A DNA stretch of 64,000 nucleotides from Mobula birostris (Eukaryota): contig NC_092400.1 in assembly GCF_030028105.1 (NCBI RefSeq), positions 16,244,001 to 16,308,000 of the forward strand, read 5' to 3'. Made by a program: the position numbers and the translations under genes. A model generated the notes under the pieces. It saw nothing but the letters and a program-made list of their open reading frames with translations. It did no database searches and was not told where the DNA came from. Position 1 is the first letter of the stretch; each line of letters opens with the position of its first letter. Shown one piece after another: positions 12,561 to 25,764 of the stretch.

Positions 12561-13949
12561 TATACTTACCAGAAAATTTGTGAGCATTGTAGTACAATCA
12601 CCTGAGAAAAATTACTTATGTGTGGTCGACACTTCTTACACATTTTTAAGAAATATGAACTGTAGTTTGTATTATTTTTTTCCACTCCATTGTCTTATGT
12701 GGAGTTCTGTTTACAAGCTTATTTAATGTAACAGCATTGCAAATTCTTGCCTACCAGAACTTCCCAATTCCATTTTCTGGACTTGCTTAAAGATGTCCTG
12801 AAACTATTACAGAATACCGATAGGTTAAAAAGGAAAATCGCTGTAATGAGAAGGGTCTTTGTGAAATGTATACCCTCTCCTATCCCCCTTTTCATGGTTT
12901 TTAGTAGTCTACTTCATGGGTAGTTATTGTTAGATAAACCTTCATTCCAGAATTGGTAACTGGCACTTAATCCAATGGCTAAGGATGTAAATAGATTCTA
13001 CTAACTTTGATGTAGTCTTCAACTCCCATTTGTCAGTGCTTTACAGAGCTTGCCACTGGTAATAAACAGAGTGAAAATTCATTTTATGATGAGCCAACAT
13101 GATAGGCCTTATGAATACTTGACTCTCTTATAGTCAGTGAGATTGCTGGACCTGGCTTAAAGTAAGTTAGTAGGCTTGGATATATACATACATTATTGCC
13201 ATTTAATAGTTTGCTGTGAATAAAACATAGAAGTATTATTTGCTTAATTAATTAGTAGGTCACTTACAAGGTACCTCACATTAGTACATCATATAAAACA
13301 AAGGATGTCATATATTGTTAATAAATTCTACCTTATTAGTATGTCAGGATCTATTTATAAATAAAGCAGTGATTATACTAAGTATCATATTAACTGGGTT
13401 TACCTGCTCTCAGCAAGCCAAGTTAGAATCTCCTCGCCATATTTCTTTTGCTTTATGTATTGACAGGCTATCTTTTTCTGACTTTATTTTTGTGACAAGT
13501 TATTTTCATGTGACACCAGTGAAGAGCTGACCTCCAACTACAGTCTACATGCTGTTGACCACTGGGGCTATTCTGCTACTGTGGTTTACAAGTACATAGA
13601 TGCAAGTGGTTATTCAGAAAAGAAACCCAACACAAAATAATAATTTGTTTTTACATTTGCAACTAATTTTGTAACCAGAACTTGGAAGCGACGGCCTGTA
13701 CTAGTTTTCAGAAGACAAGGTTTCGTCATTCAATGAAAAATAGAGAAACATCTTCTGTCATGAAAAATGACTCACTGAAGTATCACTTCAGAAATTGCAA
13801 GTTATCAAAGCTCTGCTTTCCTCTAGCCCATTAATCATGGAAAAAGCAGACAGATTTTTTTTCAGGGATAAAATACTCTGGTGGGGAGACTCAGTTACCA
13901 GAAAATAATCCTAACTTTATTTTCTGGCAACTGAGATAACTTCAATTAC

Positions 13950-14220
13950 CCCATTATTGAAATGTTCCCACAACCTATGGACTCACTTTCAAGGACACTT
14001 CATTTCATGTTCTGGATATTTATTTATTATTTCTTTCTTTTCCTATTTGCAGTTTGTTGACTTTTGCACCCTGGTTGCATGCCCAAGTTGGTGTGTCGTC
14101 CATTGGTTCTGTTACGGTTATTATTCTACTATGGATTTATTGAGTATGGCTGCAAGAAAATGAATCTCAGGGCTGTATATGGTGACATTACTCTGATAAT
14201 AGATATACTTTAAACTTCAA
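13950..14220 (+). mobile_element. Rex1/Babar 3' UTR fragment
   Basis: cacaacctatggactcactttcaaggac...gcaagaaaatgaatctcagggctgtatatggtgaca. Confidence 0.65.
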
Positions 14221-14939
14221 TGTTCACACTATTTAAATATGGAAGAAAAAGCCATGAGGTTAGGTAAACAGCACGCATTAGTTTTTCTTCCTGCATTCTG
14301 TCCTGATTGATGTGAAGGACCCATATGTTGATCTTGATATCAGGTTTCACTAGGGTCATGAAAACTGAAGGACATCATAAGGGTCAACTAAGTGGAAGCA
14401 GACTCTGCATTAAGCTGTTGCAGCATGGAAAGAGGTAGGTTGGCCCATATCAGATAACTCTATGCAAGTAATCTGGTCAATAATATCCTCCTAATCTCTC
14501 TGTACCATTCTCTGAACTATTTTCCCTCTGGTGCCGACCCAATTAATATTTGAGAGCTTTGAACTCCCATGGACTTTGATCCTTTACCCAAAACTTGAAG
14601 CCTGGTGCCCCTCTCCCATGTCCATGAACCATCCACTGAAGGGAATGGTTTTCTTCCATCAAGTCTGTCTTGATCTTTTACATCTCCATCAAATCTCCTC
14701 TGAAGCTTCTTTGCTTCAAGAACAACTCCAACTTCTCCAGTTCAGCTCTTTCAGCTGAAGTTCTTCATCCTTCAAGCCAGTCAAAAAAATGTTTTCAGTG
14801 CCCCCTCTAGTATCTTCACTATCATCCTAAGGTGTGTGCTTAGAATTACATACAATTCTCAGTTGTACCCTACTTAGTAATATACATATTTTACATAGTT
14901 TACATAGTCACCTGTTCTATATGAACTTACATAATCAGT

Positions 14940-15132
14940 TATCCTTCTTCTCCTCCCCTGCCCCATCCTTTATGCTGGCATCTTCCTCCTTGCTTTCTGG
15001 TCCTGAAGAAAGAGCTCAGCCTGAAACATCAACTGTTGGTTGATTTTTGTAGATGATGACTGACCTGCTGAGTTCCTCCAGCATTTTGTGCATGTTGCTC
15101 TGGATTTCCAGCCTCTGCTGAATTTCTTGAGT
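14940..15132 (+). mobile_element. Penelope-like tail with degenerate hammerhead motif
   Basis: tcctgaagaaagagctcagcctgaaacatcaactg...gacctgctgagttcctccagc. Confidence 0.75.
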
Positions 15133-15824
15133 TAGCTCTCATAATATAGCCTGCAAACATAGATCCAGGTCCCTCTATTCCTGCATGCTTTTTTTTAAAA
15201 AAAACAGTTCCACTTCGACTACATTGTCTCCTTTTGTTCTTGCTATAACACTACCACAACTGCCACTTGTCTGCCTGTTTGGCCAGTCTATTGATGTCCT
15301 GTAGCAATCTATTTCCATCTTTCTCATTGTAACTCTCACTCTCTGTCATTGGTTAGTACTAATCTTTCTTTCCAAGTGACAGTAAACCTCTGCTGATCCT
15401 AGTGTTTACTGAAACCTCTTGCCAGATCTGGTGCACTGACTGACACCACCACAGTGAAACACTACTCTCTCAATTACAGAGGCTTCTGATGTACTTGCAC
15501 AAACAGATTTAGGTCTGGATGGTCTACCGAGCAGCTCATATTCCAAAGAAGAGTTCAGTGAAAGGCTTCATGTTTCACAGTTTAATCTCTGGCTTTACAT
15601 TCCCAGTACCTGAGTACATCCTGATATACCTGGCCGTTGTTAGTGATTGTGCTCAGCTAAAATATCACCTTTTTTTGAACCAATCAGATTGTAGTTTTAT
15701 TCTATAGTCAGTTATTTGCTCAAGAACTAGCCCATATATAATGCCTTCTGCAGTCATTAGGGTGATTGAGCAGGTGTTACAGGGATTGAAATATGATGAA
15801 TTTTAATTATTGTTGTGATGTTGC

Positions 15825-16268
15825 TGTAACGTGAACGAAGTCACCGGAGAAACTCTGAAGCTAGTAGATATAGAAGTGTTTTATTCAACAAAAATGAGCA
15901 GCAGACATCATATTGAGACATTCTTGGAGGACAAGCCCTCCCAAACCAACATTACGTGACATTTTTATATGCTAAAGATCAAAGCTAACAGCAGGAAAAT
16001 TCTATGGTTACAATGTATCTACAATGCTTCCTTTGATTTACATACAGTTTTCAAATGCTTCCTTCTTTGCACCCACACTCCAGACACCCAAAATGAATGT
16101 TAATCAGCATTGTCTAGTTTGCAATCAACTCTAGTCCACAGTTCCAGGGAAACTATTGTTCAGGGTTGCATTTTAAATTCAATCTACAGTTCCCATTCCT
16201 GTCTGATGATTGGTTGCTGGTGAAGTAAGTATTTGCTATATACCCTAACTCCAGAATGCACCCTAACA
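15825..16268 (-). mobile_element. Solo LTR (444 bp)
   Basis: TG...CA termini (tgtaac...ctaaca); TATA-like and AATAAA signals on the minus strand; clear homolog in opposite orientation at 32257-32783. Confidence 0.65.
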
Positions 16269-16279
16269 ATGTAATGAAA

Positions 16280-16780
16280 AACAGAAAATGTTGGAAACAG
16301 TCAGAAGGTCAGACAGCATCTGTGGAAGAAGAAGCAGAGTTAATATTGGGAGCAGAGAAGGTAGTGGGAAGGACAGAAGGAAACATCTATGATAGTGTGA
16401 AACCAGGTCAAATAGGTTAATGGGACAATTCGTGGATGATGTTACTTCTTCATCTGTGTTATGTGTGACTAATTGCAGGGTTATGGGTGATAGCTATCAG
16501 GTCACACTATACTAATAGCAAGGAAAAATCTGAGCCAACATCACAGCTGGATTGGCAGATATGACCAGGTTGGATGCTGACAGAAAAAGATGAATTATCT
16601 AAAACTGAAGAGTTAGATATTGAGCTGGTTGGTTGCAACCTGAAGAGACAAAATATGAGATGTTTTTAATCAAGTCCTGTTACGTAAAGAATGGGAATGA
16701 ATGAACAGCTGACATGGCAGGTTGCTCAGGGTCACTCTTGCAGACTGAATACTGGTGCTCTGTAAAACAATTAATAAGGA
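16280..16780 (-). mobile_element. Old Penelope-like element 3' remnant
   Basis: aaaacagaaaatgttggaaacagtcagaaggtcagacagcatctgtggaag is the reverse of the Penelope tail; weak endonuclease-region similarity follows. Confidence 0.55.
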
Positions 16781-17521
16781 ACTGCAGTGTTTTCAACACC
16801 ATAGTTCCTCATAGAGGGTTTAGGAAATTAGCCAGGAATCTGCACCTTGAGGGGCAAACTGAAAGAGGACTTTTGCCTTCACCCTAGGTCAGCCCTGCCA
16901 TCAGGAATGAGCTAGTCTAGCCCTCAGCGGAATTAGTAAATGTCTTGCAACCACTTGCTTCACACTAACACATAACCTATACGCCGTGGCAGTCTCAAGT
17001 CCATGCACTGAGAGCACATAAAAGCCCAAGGTAAATGTAAGAAGGGGCAAAACACCTCCTTAACAACCTCCACCGAGCATCTCCTGCCCTCTACGTGGAA
17101 GAGCCTGCAGATCGTGCACTGGCTTTATCAGTCACCTCAGAACCCACAAAACTGGAATGAAAACAAATCATCCACAATTTCTAGAAACTACCCATGAAGA
17201 AGAAATCATTGACCAGCACAGTCCTATTTATCAGGTCTTTTGTATCAATTCTTTTACATTCACTTTAGAGGAAATGGAAAGACTTCTGCCTGTTCTGTGG
17301 GGAAGAGTCATTGCTTTCATATAGAGATGCTAAATGTTCATACATTCCGGATATTCATATTGCATCTGGGCACCATTCTTTTAATCACAATATACTTATG
17401 TATGAAGTATTTCTGAGTTCATCCAAGAATCTTTACATGAATAATAACTCTTACTACTTGCTTTTTATAAATCAATTGAGCCACTCTCTTCCTATTTCCT
17501 TGCAAATTAAGAAAGCTGTTG

Positions 17522-17905
17522 TTCTGGGTGGCTGACAGGGTGGAGACACATCTCTACCAAAGGGGATGTAAGGTGCTCCTTCCCTCTGCTTGCCTGCAGG
17601 TCATCCTTGAGCAAAGGGTAGCACCTGCTTATCACCCCATCCCCATGAAGCCATGGGAGCAGGTGGTGGATGGTCGTACGAGCATCTGGTGCATATCACA
17701 AGTCCTGGTTGTGCGACCACTGACGCCAGGCAATCTCTGAAGAATATTGATAATGGCTGGGATCAGCCATCTTGTAAAGACACTGCCCAGAAGAAGGCAA
17801 TGGCAAACCAGTTCTGTCAGAAAATTTGCAAGGAATAATCATGGTCATCGATAGGACCGTGATCGCCCATGTCAATACAACACGGCACACGATGATGATG
17901 ATGAT
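17522..17905 (+). mobile_element. Non-autonomous RTE-type element
   Basis: Contains agaaggcaatggcaaacca (Bov-B/Bov-A-like motif) and ends acggcacac(gat)n; no Pol III boxes seen. Confidence 0.6.
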
Positions 17906-18374
17906 CATGGTCAACTCCTTTCTAACTTTCCCTAGTACTGACATGAACACTTGTTTCATGATGGGAATATCAGAGAACGTTTTGCCGTTTGCTCACAAAA
18001 TCCATGGTGACTTCAAGGATTTTAACAGTAAAGTAAGCATGCAGGTTTTACACACTTAATAAATCTAGATCCTCCCACAAGCTTTACTTTTTGAATTTTT
18101 TCTGCACATAAAGGGTTTTAGTATCTTGTCCTTGATACAGAAGGAGATTATTCTGTCTGTCAGGGCAAGATGGCTCTCTGGGGAGCAATGTCATTCGATC
18201 CATGCCCTCTCCTTATTTTCTTTTACCATTGTAACTTGTTTTCTCATCTATCAATCCACATTTGACTCTGTTAGGCATTCTTTAAGACAGGTGTTTTATG
18301 CCATAGGCCAATACCATTAAGCAAAAGGTCTGTGGGCCCCAGGTTGGGACCCTCTTCTTTAAGATATAATTTAC

Positions 18375-18680
18375 TGTAGGGGATTTGCAGTCCGTTCCTT
18401 AGTTAGAGCCTTCAGCAATTTGGGCATCGAGGGAGAGAGGAAGAGGAGAGCCATCCACAGTACCACCAATGCGGCAGAGAGGGCCTCAAGATGGCTGTGG
18501 CTCAAAAGAGGGGAGCCATGGAGTCATAAGTAGCTAGCCATCTGGACACAAGCTGGGGTCTGATCAGTCCCGGCTGGGTCACCTGGAGGAGGTTGCATGA
18601 TGTTAAAAGACCCGAAACACCCGATGATTCCAGGAACATCACTGAAGATGTGTCCAGAAGCATCAGTAGATGTATGTACA
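18375..18680 (+). mobile_element. HERO-clade (RLE-type) non-LTR retrotransposon 3' end
   Basis: Open frame CRGFAVRSLVRAFSNLGIEGERKRRAIHSTTNAAERASRWLWLKRGEPWSHK* (stop 18531-33), followed by a 3' UTR. Confidence 0.75.
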
Positions 18681-18899
18681 CAACTGAGACCAGTCAACCT
18701 ACTACTGCATTTTGGGATGTGGGAAGAAATGAGAAAACCTGTGGAAATCAAGTGCTTGGGTACTGCCTGTGCAGCGATCACACATACTAGTTGGTCATAG
18801 AGAGAACATGTAATCCCTGCAGAAGCAATACCCAAGATCCTGACCAAGCACTCAAGTCCTATCCAACTGGCTGCTCAGATGCTCAACACTTTTAGTATG

Positions 18900-19370
18900 T
18901 TCAAAGTACAATTGTTATCAATGTATGTATACTATAGGTATACAATTGTTATCAATGTATGCAAACTTTATGCAACCTTGAGATTCCTGACAGGCAGCCA
19001 CCAAACAAAGAAAGCCAATAGAACCCGTTAAAATAAGAAGGCCTTCAAGCACCCAATGTGCAGGAAAAAATAACAAATCATGCAAGCAATGAAAGTAAGC
19101 AAATAACATTCAGAACTGAAGTTCACGAAAGCGAGTCCACAGACACAAACATGAGAAAGCTTGCAGATGCCGGAAATCCAAAGCAACACACACGAAATGG
19201 TGGAGGGGCTCAGCAGGTCAGGCAGCATCTGTGGAAAAGAGTAAACAGTTGACGTCACGGGCCGAGATGTCTACTGCTTTCTCTTTTCCATAGATGCTGC
19301 CTGGCCTGCTGAGTTTCTCCAGCATTTAGTGTGTGTTGCTCACAGTCACGAAACCAGTCAGAGCTGATCT
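18900..19370 (-). mobile_element. Non-coding Rex1-tailed element interrupted by a Penelope fold-back
   Basis: ttcaaagtaca...caaccttgagattc...acaggcagcc...acaaatcatgcaa is shared with the copies at 34085 and 59762. Confidence 0.6.
19143..19339. mobile_element. Fold-back (inverted) pair of Penelope tails
   Basis: gcagcatctgtggaaaagag...ctcttttccatagatgctgc; the arms are reverse complements. Confidence 0.85.
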
Positions 19371-19606
19371 GTCTTGGCAATGCAAATCTCAACGAGTGAA
19401 AAGTAAACAAGTTTAATGCACTGTAGTGTGTTCGAATAAATTAACTCCAAACAAGTGAAAATATTGCTTTCGTCCTGTTTTGAAAATGTGACGCAAATCA
19501 ACTTTTGAAGATAGTTAGTCAATCATTAATCAGTTATGTGCTGTTGCAAGAATTACTTGTTAAGCAGTTACTTCAAGAATGTTAAATAGTCTCCGTTTCT
19601 TTACAG

Positions 19607-19799
19607 AATTGATGGGGCTTCTTATGAAATAATGCAGATGGACTTTGAAATGGATAACTTCAGCAGCCTGTCAGTCACTCGCCGGATCATGTGGCAGGTG
19701 GAGTATCCTGGAAAGCCCTCACAGATAGACCAGGACAAAGCTGTGTCGGAACTGCACGTCAGTCAGAGAGACATCATCAAAATTGTTCCTCTTGCCATG
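19607..19799 (+). CDS. TMEM132: Internal coding exon of a TMEM132-family transmembrane protein (paralog unresolved, A/E-like)
   Basis: Acceptor ctccgtttctttacAG (19605-06) and donor GTaaga (19800). One base plus 64 codons: IDGASYEIMQMDFEMDNFSSLSVTRRIMWQVEYPGKPSQIDQDKAVSELHVSQRDIIKIVPLAM. The motifs DGASYE.MQ.D, WQVEYPG and the terminal PLAM match TMEM132 proteins as remembered. Confidence 0.92.
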
Positions 19800-20172
19800 G
19801 TAAGAGATTTCAGATTTCAATTACATGACCTTGTGGCAAATCTTATATGACTGATTAACACAGCAAGGCGCTTCTGCTCATGATTTTTGGTTGTCAGCTG
19901 TTGTTTATGCAAGTTTTCCAGCCTCAAATTCTCTACTATAATATAATTTGTTGGTACTTTATTTGTTATTGTTTTTGATGGGACAGTACAGACTTGCTGA
20001 ATTTGATCTGTGTACATATTCTTCTTCTTCCTCTTCATCTTGTTTTATGGCAGTTGGCACATATTCTATCAATATACAGTAGATGTTATAAGAAAGGTGC
20101 CCACATTTGTGATAACTGTCAGACTAATTGATCAAGAAAACAGTCAGTTTTGAGCAAGAATTAGTGAGGCCA

Positions 20173-20730
20173 CAGTCGGTCAGGGTCTACCATAGCTGTG
20201 TGTCCTTGCTGTCTAGATATGCAAGCCTGGGCAGTACAATATGAAAAACAAGCTCCTCCTCTCTGCACATCTCTCTACACACCCAAAGGAACGGCAGAGA
20301 CCAATACAGTTTGGCACCGGCAGTGTCGCGGCAGTTGCCAATCAGCGTTGAACTCAACATCGGACTGCCTTAGGGACTCCAGCTCTGGATTTTTCCGTCG
20401 GAGTTTACTCCCAAAGACCTCCCCATGAGTGGGTATAGCCGCAAGGCAGCGGAGGTTTGAGATGAGAGTTTTCCTTCCCCTAAATGAGCTGCCAACCATG
20501 GCTGATGAGCCCTATCTGCCCGAAGAGACTAGTTTTAAGGCCTCCTTCGCCGCTTCTCCTGTCAGTAGAAATTGTTCCGCTGGGCTTCGTAGCTAAGCCA
20601 CCCATGAAGGCCGGGAGTTGGACTTGGTTGTCAGAGGCTATTTGAGGCACACACTATTGGAAGCATTTAAATAGGTAAAAGGAGCTTGTCCCCATTATCA
20701 CTCCCAGCTATAATAACTTTAAGGAACCAA
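20173..20730 (-). mobile_element. RTE-clade 5'UTR-derived non-autonomous element
   Basis: GC-richer block including gagttttccttcccctaaatgagctgccaaccatggctgatgagcc; minus-strand start ggttccttaaag; recognised from memory only. Confidence 0.5.
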
Positions 20731-22214
20731 GCAAGGATTATTAAATTTAAAATATCTCAAAATTGGTATCATTCTATATTGGCCAAGAGTGACAAAGTTA
20801 TAAGATGTTCCTTTGCATATGTTTCCTTCCTGCTTGTTATAGTTCTCGTCCTAAGTCTCTTAAGGGAAAAAAAATCCTGTTCTCTCCATGACAATGAAGT
20901 AACTGGAAAGTGACAAAAGAATGATTATTAGGAAACATTTCCTGCAATTCCTCCTCAGGATTCTGGATATGATATGAAATCTTGCGGCACTAACGCTGAG
21001 CTGAGTTGTAGGTGTAGGGTGCAGGTGTCGGGTGTAGGTACAGGAAGCAGATCTTTAGACAAGTGGAGAGGTTCTCCCCAAGACAAGTAATTGACATCGA
21101 CTGGAACCTACCCATTCACCCCACTTTCCGAGGTTTGGGGTGATATGACATCCAAAATTAATATAACAGAAATTATTAATGATATGAGGCACTGTGACTG
21201 GGTGTTTGGTAGAAGATAGACAGGTGAAGGAGTCTTCAAGATAATAGAGTTAAAAGGGAAACATGGGTAAGTAGAGTTCATACGTCATTTATTTTACAGC
21301 AGGGGATTTAGTTTCCAGATTACCATAAACATTTTCCAGTAATCTACTCAGTTCCTGCCTGATCAGTCCAATAATTCTTCACTCTTCTCTCTGTTGGCTA
21401 AAATTATACTCACACTAAATATGTGAGAACTTTGTGCTTCTGCTAATGGAAGAATTCAGTGCTGTTCTTGGGTAAGATTCTGAGAGAAGCACAAGGCAAG
21501 CATTCTTAAACATTAAGGTAAACAATGTTTCAGAGTTCATGCCATCATATTCGTACTCTCGGTCATGGTTTTGTATATGGATATGTGAATGACAAGTGAA
21601 AGGTTAACTAGAGCAAAACAGTTCAGGTATTTTTGTGGAAAAACAATTTTTTTTCCCTGCAAATGCTTTCGATCATCAGGTTTTCTGCAGTGGCTTTTTC
21701 AAAGTGATTCAAATGCAAAACATTTCCTGGCAATTCTCTCATGCAGGTTTTCTCCCTTGCGTTAAGCCCCATGTGCAGGATTATATGGTCACTCTGGTGG
21801 GCAATTTACAGTGTAAATGGGGCCATTATCTCAGGTGCCTGCCCTTTCCATGAATCATTCTGGTTCCTCATTTTAAACATTTAGGTGCAATCTGGATTGC
21901 CTTTATCTTTCATTTCAGAGAAAGTTGGCACTCAAACAGGTTTGGGAGCAGTTCCAAAACCATTTGATCAGGTGACAAATCACTCATGCCTAAGCACAGC
22001 TACCAGAAAGAAATCTTAAATTTCAGCTAATTATCACAAGCATTTGCTGTATTGCCAAGGTTATGGATGTTACCAACCCCTTTAAGAACTGTAAACCTTT
22101 GTAATCCTCTGTGACATTTGTTTCCTTATAGTTTATTTTAATTGATCAAAAGACCATTTCACAAGATCTGTACAGAAATACCATTTTTTACTAACAGTAT
22201 ATCATTGTTTTTCT

Positions 22215-22568
22215 TTCTTGAGAGCTTGGGCAATCTAGTTGTTTTCTCTGGAGCAGTGGAGACTGAGGGAAGATCTGAAAGAGGTTTATAAAATTTTGAG
22301 AGACATAGATAAGAATAGACTACCTGTATTTTTCCTAGAGTGTGAATTAATACTAGAGGACATGTATTTAAGGAAAGAGGGGGCAAGTGTGGGGCAAATT
22401 TTTTTAGACTAATGGGTGTCTGGAATGAGCTGTGGTAGACTTCAATACAATGGATGCTTTTGAGAGACTCTCAGGATCATGAATATGCAGAAAATGAAGG
22501 GATATGTGTAATTAGGCGTCATTAACTTTATTAGTTTGGCACTTCCCGTGTTGTACTGTTCTATGTAC
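22215..22568 (+). mobile_element. CR1 LINE 3' fragment
   Basis: ttgttttctctggagcagtggagactgaggg...gaggtttataaaattttgag...ctgttctatgt. Confidence 0.7.
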
Positions 22569-22735
22569 TGCAAGTTTTACTGTCTACATCGGGAAGTGTT
22601 TAACAGCCAGCTCTAATTCCCTGTAGAAGGTGCCGCTGAGCTGCCTGCTTGAGCTTTTACGTTTCTGATGCGGTGCCATTCGGCAGTGGACCAGTAAGCT
22701 GCCGATTCCCAGGTCAGGTAGAGATTGACTTAACA

Positions 22736-22809
22736 CAGGGGTTCCCAACCTGTGGTCCATGGACCCCTTGCCTAATGGTATTGGTCCATGGCATAGAAAA
22801 GTTTGGGAA
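22736..22809. mobile_element. hAT-Charlie-like MITE, right TIR truncated
   Basis: caggggttcccaacc...aagtttgggaa; homolog of 35349-35428. Confidence 0.65.
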
Positions 22810-23157
22810 AGTCTTAGATGGTGACAATCATTCCAGATAGTAGAAGCCATGAGTTTGGGAGGTGAATTCCTGTGAAGCACCTTAAAAATTCATTTGCACA
22901 ATGCTCTTTCCTATAAACTGATATTTGATATACTTTCTAGAGTGGATCACAATCACAACCTGTGGACCTGTCGACTCTGAAAATGTGCAAGCAGGTTAAA
23001 TACCCGGCATTTTGCTATGTCAGATCTTTATTTTGCTCGCTTGCTTTCATCTGCGTTCATTGCTTATATTTATATCAGTAATCCTTCCCTCTTCAGTATA
23101 GTCAGTTTCATCAACTAAGAATCTGTACCAGTGATTGGCAGATGAGCCATTTACTGG

Positions 23158-23383
23158 GCAACACACACACAAAGTGCTGGAGGAACTCAGCAGGTCAGGC
23201 AGCATCTATGGAAAAGAGTGAACAGTCGACATTTTGGGCCGAGACCCTTCATCAGGACTGGAAATAAAGATGAGAAGTCAGAGTAAGTAGGTGGGGGACT
23301 ACTCATCTTTTTTTTTCTCAGCCCGAAACATTGACTGTCTACTTTTTTCCAAAGATGCTGCCTGGCCTGCTGAGTTCCTCCAG

Positions 23384-23475
<92 letters not shown>

Positions 23476-23493
23476 ACTGGATTTCCAGCATCT
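23158..23493. mobile_element. Fold-back pair of Penelope tails with an expanded (TG)n
   Basis: Left arm antisense, including hammerhead region 23223-23260; right arm sense from ctcagcccgaaac. Confidence 0.85.
23389..23470. repeat. (TG)n microsatellite, about 41 units
   Basis: Directly visible; expansion of the tgtgtg in the Penelope tail. Confidence 0.95.
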
Positions 23494-25764
23494 GGGTTTG
23501 TGAGCCATTTACTGTTTCCTTATAGGTAGAAATTCTTGTGCATCTATCAGGACAGATTAATTGGCCCAAGACCTCAGTGAAAAGAGATTGAGCATTGCGT
23601 GTGCTTGGGACACTAAAACAAGCTTTGCATAAGAAGCAATGTCACCCTGTGCACAGAAATCTTGTTAGAAATCGATGGGTGAGGATATGTCAAGTTGTAT
23701 TTGTGTGTTGATGCAAAACAATTAGAAACAGCATTTCACTTGGTAAAACGTGGCTTAGGAGCAAACTGAAAGGCCAGAGGGTTTGGTGTTCGAAATAACG
23801 GGCAATTTATTAAAAAAAACTGATGCACATCAGGAGACCAGTTAAAGCTGATCTACCTGTTGTTACGTATATACAGCTTTTATATTCTCAGATGACGAGA
23901 TTATCTATAAAGTTACAGACTAGGTCCAGGTTACAGAATAAAATGATTATCCATAGACCTAACCGTAAATCCAGTATGTGCATGCTGTGACATAATTAAC
24001 AAAATTCCTGAAATGTGGATGTCATCACTGCTGCATTCCGTGTCTCTATTTCTGGGCTTTGTCCGTGGCTCCTGTTGTCAAAATCCACATTCCTATTTAT
24101 TACTTATTAGTCCTCACAGTTCTTTACTCGACAAAGCATTGCTCTTCAACCAAAAAAAATTGGTTTTCAGTCAAAAAATCAGTATTGATTTTAAGTTAGT
24201 TTGTTTCACCTGGACTAGTTCGTGCTCTTGGTGATGTCTGAATGAACCAAAGCAACAAGTTGTGCTTTAGTTTCAACAGGTTTTATACAATTTAATCCAA
24301 GAGGCCAGCATCAGAACATTAAGATACAAGGATAGTCACAAATTCTCAAAATATATGTCAGTGTTAGGAGGATTTTCCATTAAATTCAATTACTCATGTC
24401 ATATTATGTGGACAGTGCCATCTGCAGGCTGACTGACATCCATAAAGGGAATGAACAGGCCATTTGTCAGGTTGACTGCACAGTGAGACACGGCAATGAT
24501 ATCTCAGCTCGATATTTTAAATACCCAGCATCTGTGGAATACTTTAATAGAATTTTCTAATAGAACTTAAGATCACTCGCTAATGCCATTATATTTGGAA
24601 TGTGGTTTGTAACAGTTAGCTCCTGCAGGAAGCATTACAGTTTGATTCTTTCTTTCTCTCTCAGAACAATTCTTTCTACATTCAGTGTGAGTGTTTACTT
24701 TACTGAAACAATCCTTGAGAAGTTAAATTTCTCAAACGTTTATACCTGAAATGAATTACCAGCCACTAAAAGCAACAGGGGGACTGGGGTGGTAGGGAGT
24801 TGTTATCGTGGGGAGTAAGGGACATCCAAGTCTATTGTTTTGTTTTAATGTAGAAAAGAATTGTTTATTCTCAGGTTCAAAGCATTTTTTTGTTGTTATG
24901 AAATGTCTGCCGGTTGTAGTTTTTTAGAATGTTGGAATAATTGCTGGGAGCAAGTATTGATTATCCTGAACAGTGGCAGAAATCAAGTCTGCAGAGTTTA
25001 ACTCCTGCCCTTTGCTGTGTGTGAAGTGGCTTGTGTACAAGTATGTCGAAGGAGGGGGTCAACAAAGCTGTACATGTCGTGGCTGTCAGTCCTTCACTGA
25101 TCCTCAGGGAAAAGTCAAATCTAACTGCAGCTTAAACAAATATGCCATTGAATAGTAATGTGCATGAACTTGCTAATGAAATTTTAATTTAGCCAGAAGC
25201 AGTTTGACTGTGATTAAGAGTAGCGATGACTGGAAACCATGATCAGAATGATTTCACATGTAGATATTAGTATGAAGAGAAATGTGTCTGTAGCCGGCAC
25301 CCCATGACTCTCATTGATAGTCCACCGGCACTAAAATGAAATTGATACCAAAGTCAGTTTCAATTGGCATTAACACACAATATGAGATCAGGAGATAGTC
25401 CCATCATGGCACAATCATACATGGCTGGTTTGATAGAAACCCAGTGTCTATTCCAGTCTTTTAATGCTGAGGCTCACTCGGAGCTTCAGTTGGTCTTTTT
25501 GAGATCGCTCTGATTATTTTGACTCAGGGAGAAGCCTTAGAAATGGTGTTTTAATTTATTTATCAAGGGCCACGAGAACAGAAGATTCTTTGTCCTATAG
25601 AGTAACCTCAATCTCTTTCATCCCCACTTGCTTCTCTAACGCTGCCCCAGTAGTGTTATGTCATTAACAAGTCCCTCTGCCAGCCTAAGTCTGCATTGAT
25701 ATTCATTGTTTGACGCTTCAGATTTGCTTCAATTTGATCCTTAAACTGGTTAAAAACAGGGAAA

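Noticed and set aside
18559-18622. Hammerhead in the HERO 3' UTR (ctgatca...gaaac)
   Set aside because: The CUGANGA box is absent and stems I-III cannot be built.
19632-19850. ORF-track entry as a complete 72-aa gene
   Set aside because: Homology starts upstream of the ATG and ends at the GT donor at 19800; it is an internal exon.
23187-23569. His-Thr and Cys-Val repeat proteins
   Set aside because: Translations of the (TG)n microsatellite; the same applies near 42426-42500.
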